NCBI GenBank assembly: GCA_002269645.1
Contig: NIVC01000793.1
Location: forward strand, 124,001-188,000
Reading direction: 5' to 3'
Source: Macrostomum lignano
Lineage: Eukaryota
DNA length: 64,000 nt
The notes beneath the pieces are model-generated. The model did no database searches. It worked only from the letters and a program-made list of their open reading frames with translations, and was not told where the DNA came from. The translations under genes were made by a program, and so were the position numbers. Positions 1 to 10,455 of this stretch are shown one piece after another; the first letter of the stretch is position 1; the number at the start of each line of letters is the position of its first letter.

Positions 1-213
1 GACCCAACGACATCGTGGAAGCCACTGAATCGACAGCCGCATGCGACCCCAAGACCACTTCAGCAACAGGCCCAAGCTCAAGCTGGCCATCATCCGTCGC
101 AACGACCAATGCCAGTGTGTTACAGCTGTAATCTGCCAGGTCACATTCGAAGGAACTGCCCAAACGCCAGGGGGGCTGGTCCACAGGGCCAGTACCGGCC
201 CTCTCGGCACTGA
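1..213 (+). CDS. gag: Gag C-terminus with nucleocapsid zinc knuckle (partial)
   Basis: Frame 1 reads DPTTSW...PVCYSCNLPGHIRRNCPNARG...PSRH* with CX2CX4HX4C and TGA at 211-213. It is not in the ORF track. Confidence 0.85.
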   Translation, partial: DPTTSWKPLNRQPHATPRPLQQQAQAQAGHHPSQRPMPVCYSCNLPGHIRRNCPNARGAGPQGQYRPSRH

Positions 214-3200
214 GCAAATCGGCCCCGCCCTCACGCCCCAGCTGCCAGCCCGGTCAAGCGCGTTTCGTCACCGCGCGCATCTGCAGACGTCGTCGGCCCT
301 GCTTGATCGACACAGGTGCCGAAGTTTCCTGTATCAGTCTCAACATCGCGCGATCAATCAGGCGGCAGTTCAAACCCAGCAAAACTACCATCTATGGCGT
401 GAGTGGCAATCCGGCGAGCGTGCTGGGTGAGATTCATTTGTACTTCTCTCTCGGATCCGTCCAGTTTCAACACACCTTTCTGGTGGTGACAGACTTAAAT
501 GTACCTATAATTCTGGGATGCGACTTTCTTGACAAGCAAGACTGCTCAATTCATCTCGGTTCGGGATGTCTCGTTTTCAATGGCCTTGGAGCAACAGTGC
601 CGCTGCGGAAGTCGAAGCAGGCAGCGCAGTCAAGCAAACTGGTGGCGGCAGCAGCAGTTCAGTTACAGCCTGGTGAAGGTTGGACCGTTCCAGTCCGACC
701 GTTACACGTGACCGCATGGACAAGTTCGGAGGCACCCGGCATCGTCAACGGTAGCAGGTCATCGAAGGTCTTGATTGCTCGCTGTGTAGCCAAAATATCG
801 AACAATGGCATGGGCGTCGCAATCATCAACGCTAGCGATGCACCGGTAGCTGTCAGAGAAGGCGACACCATCGGATGGTTCACGCCACTCAGCAGCCAAG
901 GCGGGACGCAGCTCCAGTCTACCAGCATGGCAACAGCGACAACCTCAATAGATGGCAATGCACCATGGCTTCGAGAAGTGCACATTGCCGACGAAATTTC
1001 AGCGAGTGAACAGCAGCAGATCAGAGACCTCCTTTTGGAATTCAACGACGTGTTCGCATCACCTGGCAACCAGGGCTGCACCCGTCTGCTGAGCCATACC
1101 ATCGACACCGGTGATGCGAGACCGATCCGGCAAGGTCTACGCCGTGCAGCTCCTACGGCAATTGCGCAGCAAAGAGAGCTGGTCGAAGACATGCTGAGCA
1201 GAGGTGTCATTCAGCCATCATCTTCACCGTGGGCGTCGCCGATTGTCCTGGTTCGAAAAAAAGACGGTTCGGCACGTTTTTGTCTCGACTACCGGCAGCT
1301 CAACTCGGTAACCAAGCCCGATGCATTTCCAATGCCTCGCGTTGACGACACGCTGGATGCGCTGGAGGGCAACAGTTTTTTCTCCGCACTCGACCTGGAA
1401 AGCGGATATTGGCAAGTTGAAATGAATGAGAAAGACAAAGAAAAAACGGCATTCGTCTGCCACGAAGGCATTTTTGAGTTCAACGTAATGCCATTCGGCC
1501 TCCGCAATGCACCGGCTACATTCCAGCGCTTGATGCAATTAGTGCTCCGGGGACTCACGTGGCAAGCGTGCCTTGTCTTCATAGATGATGTTATCGTCAT
1601 GGGCCGGACGATGGCCGAACACAACAATCGGCTAAGAGCGGTGCTAGAGCGTCTTCGCGAAGCCAACTTGCGTCTTAAGCCGTCCAAATGTCGTTTCGCC
1701 AATTCCAGCATCATCGTTCTGGGTCACCGAGTCTCCAGGACTGGCATTGCAGTCGACGAGTCGAAGACAGCAGCGGTGCGCGACTGGCCAACACCGCACT
1801 CGCCAAAGGACGTCAAAAGTTTCCTGGGCATGACATCGTACTACAGGAGATTTGTTCGCGACTACGCCAAGATTGCAGAACCGCTAAGGCGACTGACTCT
1901 GACAACCGGCTTTGAATGGACACCAGCCGCCGAAGTGGCCTTCAACCAGTTGAAGCAAGTGCTTACATCCGCGCCGATCCTGGCCTTTCCGGACACCAGC
2001 GACACTGGCGGAGCGTACATCTTGGACACCGACGCCAGTGATTGCGCAGTTGGTGCTGTTTTGTCGCAAATTCAGGCTGGTGAAGAGCGAGTCGTGGCGT
2101 ATGCAAGTCGCACGCTGTCTCGGGCTGAACGCAATTACTGCGTGACACGGCGCGAGCTACTGGCAGTTGTCGAATTTGTAAAGAAATTTCGAAGTTATCT
2201 GCTGGCACGGCCATTCACGATCAGAGTCGATCATCAAGCCCTGACGTACCTGCTGAACTTCAAGGAACCGGAGGGTCAATTAGCGAGATGGTTGCAAATC
2301 CTCGACGAGTTTGACTTCGAGATAGTGTTCCGTCCTGGACGTCAGCACTCGAATGCCGATGCACTTTCACGCCGGACATCGAAATGTACGAGCCAGTGCC
2401 GGGTTTGTCGGCCAGAATCGGCAGCTGAAGTACGGAAGCCGTCAGCTACGGTAGCTTGTCAAACGGAGCCAATTGCGGAGACAGCGAGGCCGGCTGCAAA
2501 CGTAGCTTGCCAAGCAGAAAAATTCGCTGAAACACCAGTGCAAACGGCATCAACACCCTGTCAAGTGGAAGCTGGTGGTACTAAACTCGCGCTGGTCAAC
2601 GTGGCGACGACAGACCCTGCGCCTTCAGCAGCCGACCCTCAGAACGACCCTAGGACTGCTGGCCGCGCTCCATCTAGACGGAAGCAGCAGCTGCAGCCGA
2701 GGCCAAGCGAAAGCGAGGAGTTCAGCGATAGTGATGACCAGGATGATGATGGCGACGATGAGACCGGCCAGGCGAGAGCAATGCAGTCGAACGAGTCTCT
2801 GACGCTGCGTGAGCGGCAGCTCAAAGACGCTGACATCGGACCAGTATTTCGTCTTCTCGCCAAAGGCAAGACAAGACTCAGCGACCAGCAACGAGCCCGA
2901 CTACCACCAGGGAGCCTGATCCTGGCGCAGAAGATCAAAGAACTATGTTTCGTTGATGGAGCCCTGCACAGACTGGTGGAGTCGAAGCCCGTGCCTGTAA
3001 TCCCGCGTTGCCAGCAACAGCAGCTGATCGATGAGATTCACGAAGTTGGTCATCTGGGCGAAGCGAAGACACTGGCAGGCCTCAAGTCGAGGTGTTACTG
3101 GCCGAAAATGTCCGAGAGCATCAGAGTTGCAGTCAGAGCATGCCAGGTGTGCCAGCGCGCCAAAACCAGCGGCCATCAGCGGGCACCACTTCGATCGATA

Positions 3201-4154
3201 GTGAGCAGTTTCCCGATGCAGCGCATAGGCATCGATGTGGTTAAGATCGGCGTGTCTCGGCATGGAAATGATCGTCTGTTGACGATCATGGACTACTTCA
3301 CGAAGTGGGTGGAGCTGGTGCCTATGCCGGATGAGAAAGCAGCAACAATTGCCAGGGCGCTGTTTGACAATTGGGTGTCACGGTGGGGCGCACCGCACAT
3401 CCTCCACTCCGACCGTGGCAAGGCCGTTGACGGGAAAATAATCCGGAGCCTGTGCAGACTGCTCGACGTACAGAAGACGCGGACGTCTGGTTACCATCCG
3501 CAGTGTGACGGTCTGGTAGAACGGTTCCATCGCACACTCCACCAGATGCTCCGCTGCCACCTTCAGACCGTCCAGTTCGACGAGTGGGAGGAGGTGTTGC
3601 CACACTGTCTCCTTGCTTACCGCAGTAGTGTCAACGCAACCTCCGGGTTCACGCCGCACTTTCTGATGACAGGCCGAGAGGTGACCTTGCCGCTGGACAT
3701 TGTCTACCGACTGCCGGAGCCACCGAGAACTACAGGACAATTCGCCGCGGACAACCGAGATCGACTGCTCAGCGCCTTCGAATCCGTGAGGCTGGCGACA
3801 GCAGCGGCACAAAGACGGCAGCGGCGCTATTACGACCAGAAGGCGGCGCGGCGCCGTTTTCGAGCAGGCGACCTGGTGTGGCTCTTTGTGCCGCCGTCGG
3901 CCCTGTCGCGGACGAGTGGCCTGCCACCGAAGCATCAGGCACCGTGGACCGGACCGTTTCGAGTTCTGCGGCGTACATCGCCTGTCAATTACCTGGTCCG
4001 CCCCGTTGAGTACAAGGATGGCGATGCTGGCCGGGTGGTCCACGTCAACAAACTGAAGCGAGCGCATCAGCCACTGCCCCCAGATCAGCCTCGGAGCGGA
4101 GCGGCCAGCGACGACAGCAGTGAAGTGCTTGACGCTGACTGGGTCGTCATTTGA
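132..4154 (+). CDS. pol: Pol polyprotein (aspartic protease, reverse transcriptase, RNase H, integrase with GPF module)
   Basis: Frame 3 is open from 132. Motifs: LIDTGA (protease), LDLESGYW / MPFGL / FIDD (RT), LDTDAS...ELLAVV (RNase H), H..GH...C..C plus DYFTKW, SDRG and VERFHR (integrase), WTGPF. No chromodomain seen. Confidence 0.95.
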   Translation, partial: SARSHSKELPKRQGGWSTGPVPALSALSKSAPPSRPSCQPGQARFVTARICRRRRPCLIDTGAEVSCISLNIARSIRRQFKPSKTTIYGVSGNPASVLGEIHLYFSLGSVQFQHTFLVVTDLNVPIILGCDFLDKQDCSIHLGSGCLVFNGLGATVPLRKSKQAAQSSKLVAAAAVQLQPGEGWTVPVRPLHVTAWTSSEAPGIVNGSRSSKVLIARCVAKISNNGMGVAIINASDAPVAVREGDTIGWFTPLSSQGGTQLQSTSMATATTSIDGNAPWLREVHIADEISASEQQQIRDLLLEFNDVFASPGNQGCTRLLSHTIDTGDARPIRQGLRRAAPTAIAQQRELVEDMLSRGVIQPSSSPWASPIVLVRKKDGSARFCLDYRQLNSVTKPDAFPMPRVDDTLDALEGNSFFSALDLESGYWQVEMNEKDKEKTAFVCHEGIFEFNVMPFGLRNAPATFQRLMQLVLRGLTWQACLVFIDDVIVMGRTMAEHNNRLRAVLERLREANLRLKPSKCRFANSSIIVLGHRVSRTGIAVDESKTAAVRDWPTPHSPKDVKSFLGMTSYYRRFVRDYAKIAEPLRRLTLTTGFEWTPAAEVAFNQLKQVLTSAPILAFPDTSDTGGAYILDTDASDCAVGAVLSQIQAGEERVVAYASRTLSRAERNYCVTRRELLAVVEFVKKFRSYLLARPFTIRVDHQALTYLLNFKEPEGQLARWLQILDEFDFEIVFRPGRQHSNADALSRRTSKCTSQCRVCRPESAAEVRKPSATVACQTEPIAETARPAANVACQAEKFAETPVQTASTPCQVEAGGTKLALVNVATTDPAPSAADPQNDPRTAGRAPSRRKQQLQPRPSESEEFSDSDDQDDDGDDETGQARAMQSNESLTLRERQLKDADIGPVFRLLAKGKTRLSDQQRARLPPGSLILAQKIKELCFVDGALHRLVESKPVPVIPRCQQQQLIDEIHEVGHLGEAKTLAGLKSRCYWPKMSESIRVAVRACQVCQRAKTSGHQRAPLRSIVSSFPMQRIGIDVVKIGVSRHGNDRLLTIMDYFTKWVELVPMPDEKAATIARALFDNWVSRWGAPHILHSDRGKAVDGKIIRSLCRLLDVQKTRTSGYHPQCDGLVERFHRTLHQMLRCHLQTVQFDEWEEVLPHCLLAYRSSVNATSGFTPHFLMTGREVTLPLDIVYRLPEPPRTTGQFAADNRDRLLSAFESVRLATAAAQRRQRRYYDQKAARRRFRAGDLVWLFVPPSALSRTSGLPPKHQAPWTGPFRVLRRTSPVNYLVRPVEYKDGDAGRVVHVNKLKRAHQPLPPDQPRSGAASDDSSEVLDADWVVI

Positions 4155-4210
4155 TAAAGTGTGAGGATATGGACTGTGCTGAGGTTCCTTGGACTTAAAA
4201 AAATGCAGAG

Positions 4211-5003
4211 TGTAAAATTTTCCCTAATTGAAATTCAGCATGTACAATGTTTTAAGTTTTAATCGCAATTTTGTTCGCGTTTTGGCTGCCCCATCTGTCG
4301 TGAGTCCTCTTTTGCGTGGCGGTGGTCGATGCTTGGCGGGTTGTGGACTGTGGGGATTAGTAATTGTTCAGTTTGGCCCTAGTTGGGCGCAGCCGTGCCG
4401 CTGTACTGCATACCCTTTAGAATTCTGTTGGAATTTACGGTCGTGTTTTTATTATTGAACTAATTGTGCTGCTCTATTTCAGCTGTTTTAATGCATTCGC
4501 GAAATACTTCAGTGTTACTTATTATTTTCATGCCTTCTGTGCAAATATTTCTTTCGCTTTTATCGCTCAATATTTCAATATCAAAATAATCGCATAATTT
4601 AAAAAAAATTCTTTTATTGCTTCTTATTAAGGCATAACCTATCAATCCAACTATTCGTTCATTAAATCGCAATTGTACCCTTAAATCGCCCGATTGCTGT
4701 TCCTGGTTCCATTGAAATCGCACAATTCAATGTATTCAACTGTCAAGTTGGCATGTCGCAAGTCCCCTTTGGGCTGTTTTCATGTGTTTATAACCCTGTA
4801 TTGTGCATTTCTGTGGGGAATCAAGCATCCGAAATGTTATGGAAGCATTGGTTGCCCGTTTTTTTTGCGATGCGTCTTGGCTGCTCACAGTGCGGTGCTT
4901 CGCCTCTGTCGCCGATCTGTAGCATTAAGCCGAGTACTGATGTGCTCACTACTTATATGCATATATCGTGCACTTTGTGACTGTAAAATTGAGGTAAACT
5001 ACA
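4211..5003 (+). repeat. Putative 3' LTR of the left Gypsy element
   Basis: Begins TGTAAAA directly after the purine-rich AAAAAAATGCAGAG (PPT-like) and ends ...AACTACA. The partner LTR lies outside the window, so the right boundary is unverified. Confidence 0.5.
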
Positions 5004-5307
5004 TGTAACCTTCTCCTTGTGTAATGCAGTTTTTTTGCCAATGAGGACATTGTCAATTTCCGTTGGGGGGGATAATGTAGCAAATCTCATCATTGAATTT
5101 CAATGGATGCATTTTTGTTTAGTTGGGGGTTATAGGATTGTTAGTGTATATTATCGATAATGTTTTTGTTGTAACTTCCGAAAGTGCGCCCCAATTTAAA
5201 AAAGCGCTCTCGCATCAGACCATGTTGGTACTTTAAGTGGAGTAGTGACGCGGCACCTCGAAATATAAAATCAGAATCGAGTTTGAATTACGTCTCGACA
5301 AAGTGCA

Positions 5308-6450
5308 AGTCTTACAAATATAGTATTTGAAAGAGCGCCTAAGTTTTTCTACAAAACTTCTAACGAGCTTTAACGACAAACGAAGCAAGAATTAATTAGG
5401 TAAGGAATTAAAAAAAGAGTAAATTTGAATGAGGATTCGAATGAACTTGAAACCTTTAACAGACCCTGTGTAAAGGCAACTCGCACTGGTTTCATGTTAG
5501 AGTTTTTGGACTCTTAATGTTTTAAGATATATAATTATTTGTCAAAACGCATAAATTCTTTCAGTTGTTATTTAGAAATAATCTAGATTTTGTTTTACTA
5601 AAAACATTCCTCGAATTTCGTACACATAGAAAAACCACCTCCGTAACCTTTAAGCTTACTCCTAGAAATTCTGCTTAAGCTTAAAACTGAGTTCTTACCA
5701 AGCAAATACACCCAAGAAAAATGCAAACTTTGTGGCAGAGATTCAGGCAATAATATCTTACACTATACAACTGAATGTGTCGGTATACTAGATGTCAGGA
5801 AAAAATACTTTAAACAAAGCCACCTGAGCACAAGACACTTTTACAGTTTAGGCTATGCTACAAACGAAAACAAAAATAAAAAAGATTTGCTAGCTATTGA
5901 GAAGATCTATAAACTCATAGCAAATCTCCCTCCTTAACCGACATGAAAATTATAGAGAACACCATGTGTACCACGCTGTTGCTGACCATCTTACACCAAT
6001 TGAATCCCTGGTTACCTTGATACTTTACTTGCTATTCCCTCTTGCTACTATATGCATCTCTTGCTATTAAGTCCCTACCCCTCTTCGAGTAAACAATACC
6101 GGTGCAATCTATCCCGTATTACGCGTTTATTTATGTAAAAATTTTCTTTTTCTAATCGAGCCTTATTTTTATTTAAGCACTCTATTTTTGGTTATTTCTT
6201 TCTTACATATTTGCTTCAAAAATACCCTTCATATTTAATGCCTAATAATTGCCAGCAATCCTTTCATCTGATTTTTTTGTCTGATTAATACATATAAACT
6301 TATTTTTATCACCTACGAATTCAAGTGACACCATACTTGTCTTTTAATTCCTTACTTAAATACTTTTTGCTTTGTTTGCCGTTAAAGATTTTTGAAGTTT
6401 CGTAGAAAAAAAAATTGGCGCTCTTTCAAATACTATATTATTGTAAAACT
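5308..6450. mobile_element. Fold-back/MITE-like element with ~110-bp imperfect terminal inverted repeats
   Basis: 5308-5419 is the approximate reverse complement of 6340-6450; AGTATTTGAAAGAGCGCC and GGCGCTCTTTCAAATACT match exactly. Confidence 0.6.
5647..5937 (+). pseudogene. Fragment resembling a non-LTR retrotransposon ORF2 C-terminal CCHC zinc knuckle
   Basis: Stop-to-stop frame reads ...QEKCKLCGRDSGNNILHYTTECVGILDVRKKYF...ANLPP* (CX2CX9HX4C). No start codon and no RT motifs upstream. Confidence 0.35.
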
Positions 6451-6731
6451 CGCCGCACAGATCCCATTCTATCGAAATAATATTAATATTAAATGCACTG
6501 ACATATACTGGCCAAACAGGCTTCTTGCCTGAGCCAAACTTACTACTACTACTAAGGCTAAAGCAAGAAATTCCAGAAGGGCCTAGCTCTCCAATGTTTT
6601 TTGTGTTGTAGTTGTACGCAAATTGTTTGATATTTTGCTTATGTTTAGAATCTTCAGATCTTTCTTTTCTATTTTCTATGTCACAGATTCAGATATGTCT
6701 GTCATGTCATAGGCCTATGTAGTCAGTGTGA

Positions 6732-7250
6732 CATGTCACCATAGTCAGGAAGATGCCAATTTCACAGAAAATTGTGGTGCAAATGAGAGTTGACATGCGC
6801 TACACTGGCGCATTCTGGCGCAACCCGCAACAGTAGGCAAAAAAAGGAAAAAAAATCTAACACTCAACACAATAATATGGTGCAAGACATAAAAAATGCG
6901 CAATTTGTTGCAAAACAAAAACTTTCAATGAGACAATATTTTTGCAGAAAAATTAGCATGTAATTTCTTTTATTAGTATTTTTGTTTGCTAGTATAGGCC
7001 TTTTGATGGCATTTTTGATTAAAATAAATTAACAATGCATTTTCTATGAAACATTCAAATATAAGTTTTACCAGAATTTTTAAACAAAAAAACACTGATT
7101 TTTGTGGTTTTGTCATTTAAAAAAGTTCTAGCACATGTGATGTTGCAAGTAAACATTTTTGATAGGATTTGTTCTAGCGCTTGGTGCAATCAAACTTTTT
7201 GATAGGATTTTTTAGTGTAGGCGTGCAATGATCCTGACTATGATGACATG
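6732..7250. mobile_element. Small MITE-like element
   Basis: CATGTCACCATAGTCAGGA (6732-6750) and TCCTGACTATGATGACATG (7232-7250) form an 18/19 inverted repeat around AT-rich non-coding DNA. Confidence 0.45.
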
Positions 7251-7985
7251 ATATATGCATGTAGGCCTTAGGGATAGGCCATAGTTTGGATCATATATTA
7301 GTATAGGCCTACACTAGGTTTAATAGGCCTACTATAAAATTTATGAGACCTTGTTTATATAATCTACTATAGGCCTACTAGGTTTTTGTGCCAATCAGCC
7401 AATATAAAATTTTTTATCGACACAATGTTTCCAGTATGTCATAGGGCCTATACACTAGGATATAAACTAATGTAATACCAAAAAATAATAAATACCTTAG
7501 GTCTATTGTATATTAGGATATCTGGCAATTTTCCTCTTTTATTCATTAAATTAATTTTTTGTTTGAATACAAATATTAAAAACTTGAAGCAAAAAAAACA
7601 ATAATAGTATATTGTGAAAACCTTTGTAGCCTTTAGAAAAGCATGAAATTAAAATAGCACCAAAGTATATAAGAAAGTAAAGCAACAACTGTCTTTTAGC
7701 AATTGTCTAGGCCTATGGTTAAAACTGCAAGGATATCATTAGAAAACATAATGAAGTTCAAAAGTCAAAACTTTGAAGTTTAGTTTATAGGGGGTAATAG
7801 TAGGCAATCCAACAGAGTATGTTGCCAAAGGTGTTCTATGGGTACATCTTTTGCCATATAAATTCCTCAAGATATGACTCAAAAAAAGCCTGGCTTGTAC
7901 TATGCATAGCTTGGAACTTTGCCTTACAGTGTGCCCATGTCCTCTTGATGAGGTTTGTGTGTACAGTTGGGTCTTGAATATACAT

Positions 7986-8140
7986 GCACAACTTTGGGAA
8001 TCACCTGGCCATTTTTATTGGCAACACATACATGTAAGTCGCTATTGGCTGAGAGCAATCACGTGACTACTATTCTATCCAATAGTGACTTATGTGTGTG
8101 TGTTGCCAATAGAAATGGCCGAGTGAATCCTAAGGTTGCG
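7986..8140. mobile_element. Palindromic MITE-like element, copy 1
   Basis: ~60-bp imperfect inverted arms around a spacer containing TCACGTGA. Near-identical copy at 8911-9063. Confidence 0.6.
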
Positions 8141-8910
8141 CCCAAGCATGGTCTTGAAGATTGATGAGAGCTGGTGGTTAACAATAGCATGATTCTGGAG
8201 CTAGGTATACGCTTGCCATCCATCAGTAATCGCACATATACCAAGAAGAATGTGGCATTGAATCAAAGGTAGCAGCATTGCAGCAGTGCGGTTAAGAACA
8301 GCAATCATCACAATTCCTGGCACCACATTCAACTATGCCTAGTACCCATTGTTCAGGCTGGTGGGTACCTTGGTAGTACTTTTGATGAAAGAAATAGGAT
8401 TCATCTATCTTTACATCTCTACTAGGACCACCTAGTTCCATTGGATGGTCAATCAGGTACTGCGAACAAATGTCCCTGATGAACTTTTGCTAGTCAACAA
8501 TAGCATTATTATTGATGTTGCATTATCCTTGATACTCACCCTGCTTTGCTTCTATAGCCCACCACCAAATGAGATCCAATAGCTGCTATAGCATAAGATG
8601 ACTAGCTTCAAAATGAGCCTTTCTGAATTGACACCTGGGCATGACAGCTGGTGCATGCCCATGCTAGTCCATCTAAGAATTAGTCACCCATATGCCATTG
8701 CATTGCATTTGTGGTGCTATTATATTGCTGGTGCCACCTCCAAGGCAGGTCAAGCAAGACCATTGGTTTGCAATAAGATGGTATGTTGCCATCTAGTTAA
8801 TAATGTCTTGAGGTGTTGTCATGATAGTGGCATGCTCCCGCATTGTGAAATTAATGTTGCACAGCTCCAGTGTAGGACACACTTGCCTAGGGGATACTAT
8901 AAACATACAT

Positions 8911-9063
8911 GCGCAACTTTGGGAATCACCCAGCCATTTCTATTGGCAACACATACATGTAAGTCGCTATTGGCTAAGAGCAGTCACGTGACTACTATTC
9001 CATCCAATAGTGACTTATATGTGTGTTGCCAATAGAAACGGCCGGGTGAATCCCAAGGTTGCA
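8911..9063. mobile_element. Palindromic MITE-like element, copy 2
   Basis: Same hairpin structure and high similarity to 7986-8140. Confidence 0.6.
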
Positions 9064-9351
9064 CCCAAGCATGACTATAAATATAGGTGCTACAGGGCAA
9101 CCAGCCATATTGTTGAATATAATTGTATGTTTTGGTATGATACCAAATGTGTATATAACATTCACTGTCCATTATTTTTATAATTTTTATTTGTTTTTTA
9201 AAGTTGATAAAAGACATGCAAATTTTTATGACATGATCACATAGTCTAGATCATCGTAGATATATGCCAACATAAAAATAAAAAAGTAAATTTTAAACAC
9301 TTAAATGCCAAGACTTAGTGTAAAGTTCCATGCATGTATGGCCATATGCAC

Positions 9352-10313
9352 TCATTTTGTCAACTGGGGGGAGTGAGTCTTATACCTAGTCATTTTGTCA
9401 ACTGGGGGGAGTGAGTCTTATACCTAGTCATTTTGTCAACTGGGGGGAGTGAGTCTTATACCTAGTCATTTTGTCAACTGGGGGGAGTGAGTCTTATACC
9501 TAGTCATTTTGTCAACTGGGAGGGGGGGAGTGAGTCTTATACCTAGTCATTTTGTCAACTGGGGGGAGTGAGTCTTATACCTAGTCATTTTGTCAACTGG
9601 GGGGGGAGTGAGTCTTATACCTAGTCATTTTGTCAACTGGGGGAGTGAGTCTTATACCTAGTCATTTTGTCAACTGGGGGGGGAGTGAGTCTTATACCTA
9701 GTCATTTTGTCAACTGGGGGGGGTGAGTCTTATACCTAGTCATTTTGTCAACTGGGGGAGTGAGTCTTATACCTAGTCATTTTGTCAACTGGGGGGGGGT
9801 GAGTCTTATACCTAGTCATTTTGTCAACTGGGGGGAGTGAGTCTTATACCTAGTCATTTTGTCAACTGGGGGAGTGAGTCTTATACCTAGTCATTTTGTC
9901 AACTGGGGGGAGTGAGTCTTATACCTAGTCATTTTGTCAACTGGGGGAGTGAGTCTTATACCTAGTCATTTTGTCAACTGGGGGAGTGAGTCTTATACCT
10001 AGTCATTTTGTCAACTGGGGGAGTGAGTCTTATACCTAGTCATTTTGTCAACTGGGGGAGTGAGTCTTATACCTAGTCATTTTGTCAACTGGGGGGAGTG
10101 AGTCTTATACCTAGTCATTTTGTCAACTGGGGGAGTGAGTCTTATACCTAGTCATTTTGTCAACTGGGGGAGTGAGTCTTATACCTAGTCATTTTGTCAA
10201 CTGGGGGAGTGAGTCTTATACCTAGTCATTTTGTCAACTGGGGGAGTGAGTCTTATACCTAGTCATTTTGTCAACTGGGGGGGAGGGAGTCTTATACCTA
10301 GTCATTTTGTCAA
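9352..10313. repeat. Minisatellite, ~37-bp unit TCATTTTGTCAACTG(n)AGTGAGTCTTATACCTAG, ~26 copies
   Basis: Direct tandem repeat varying almost only in G-run length. Confidence 0.97.
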
Positions 10314-10455
10314 CAAACCACCAGGCCTAGGCATACAAATGGGACCGGGATTAATTGATAGCAGTCAATTTATCAACAAGGCAGACTTGCCTAAAGTTGT
10401 TTCTTTAACTTAAAGATTTGACTTCTGGGTTATAATAGTAATTTTCCATTTCCAG

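Larger units (their letters stand above)
1..5003 (+). mobile_element. Ty3/Gypsy LTR retrotransposon, 5'-truncated by the window (gag end, pol, putative 3' LTR)
   Basis: Gag CCHC knuckle in frame 1, then an uninterrupted pol in PR-RT-RH-IN order (Ty3/Gypsy order), then a purine-rich tract and a TGTA...TACA-bounded segment. Confidence 0.93.

Noticed and set aside
41-430. 129-aa ORF in frame 2 at the window start
   Set aside because: Shadow of the overlapping gag (frame 1) and pol (frame 3) reading frames.
9352-10313. 37-bp repeat of CRISPR-like length
   Set aside because: No spacers; only the G-run length varies.
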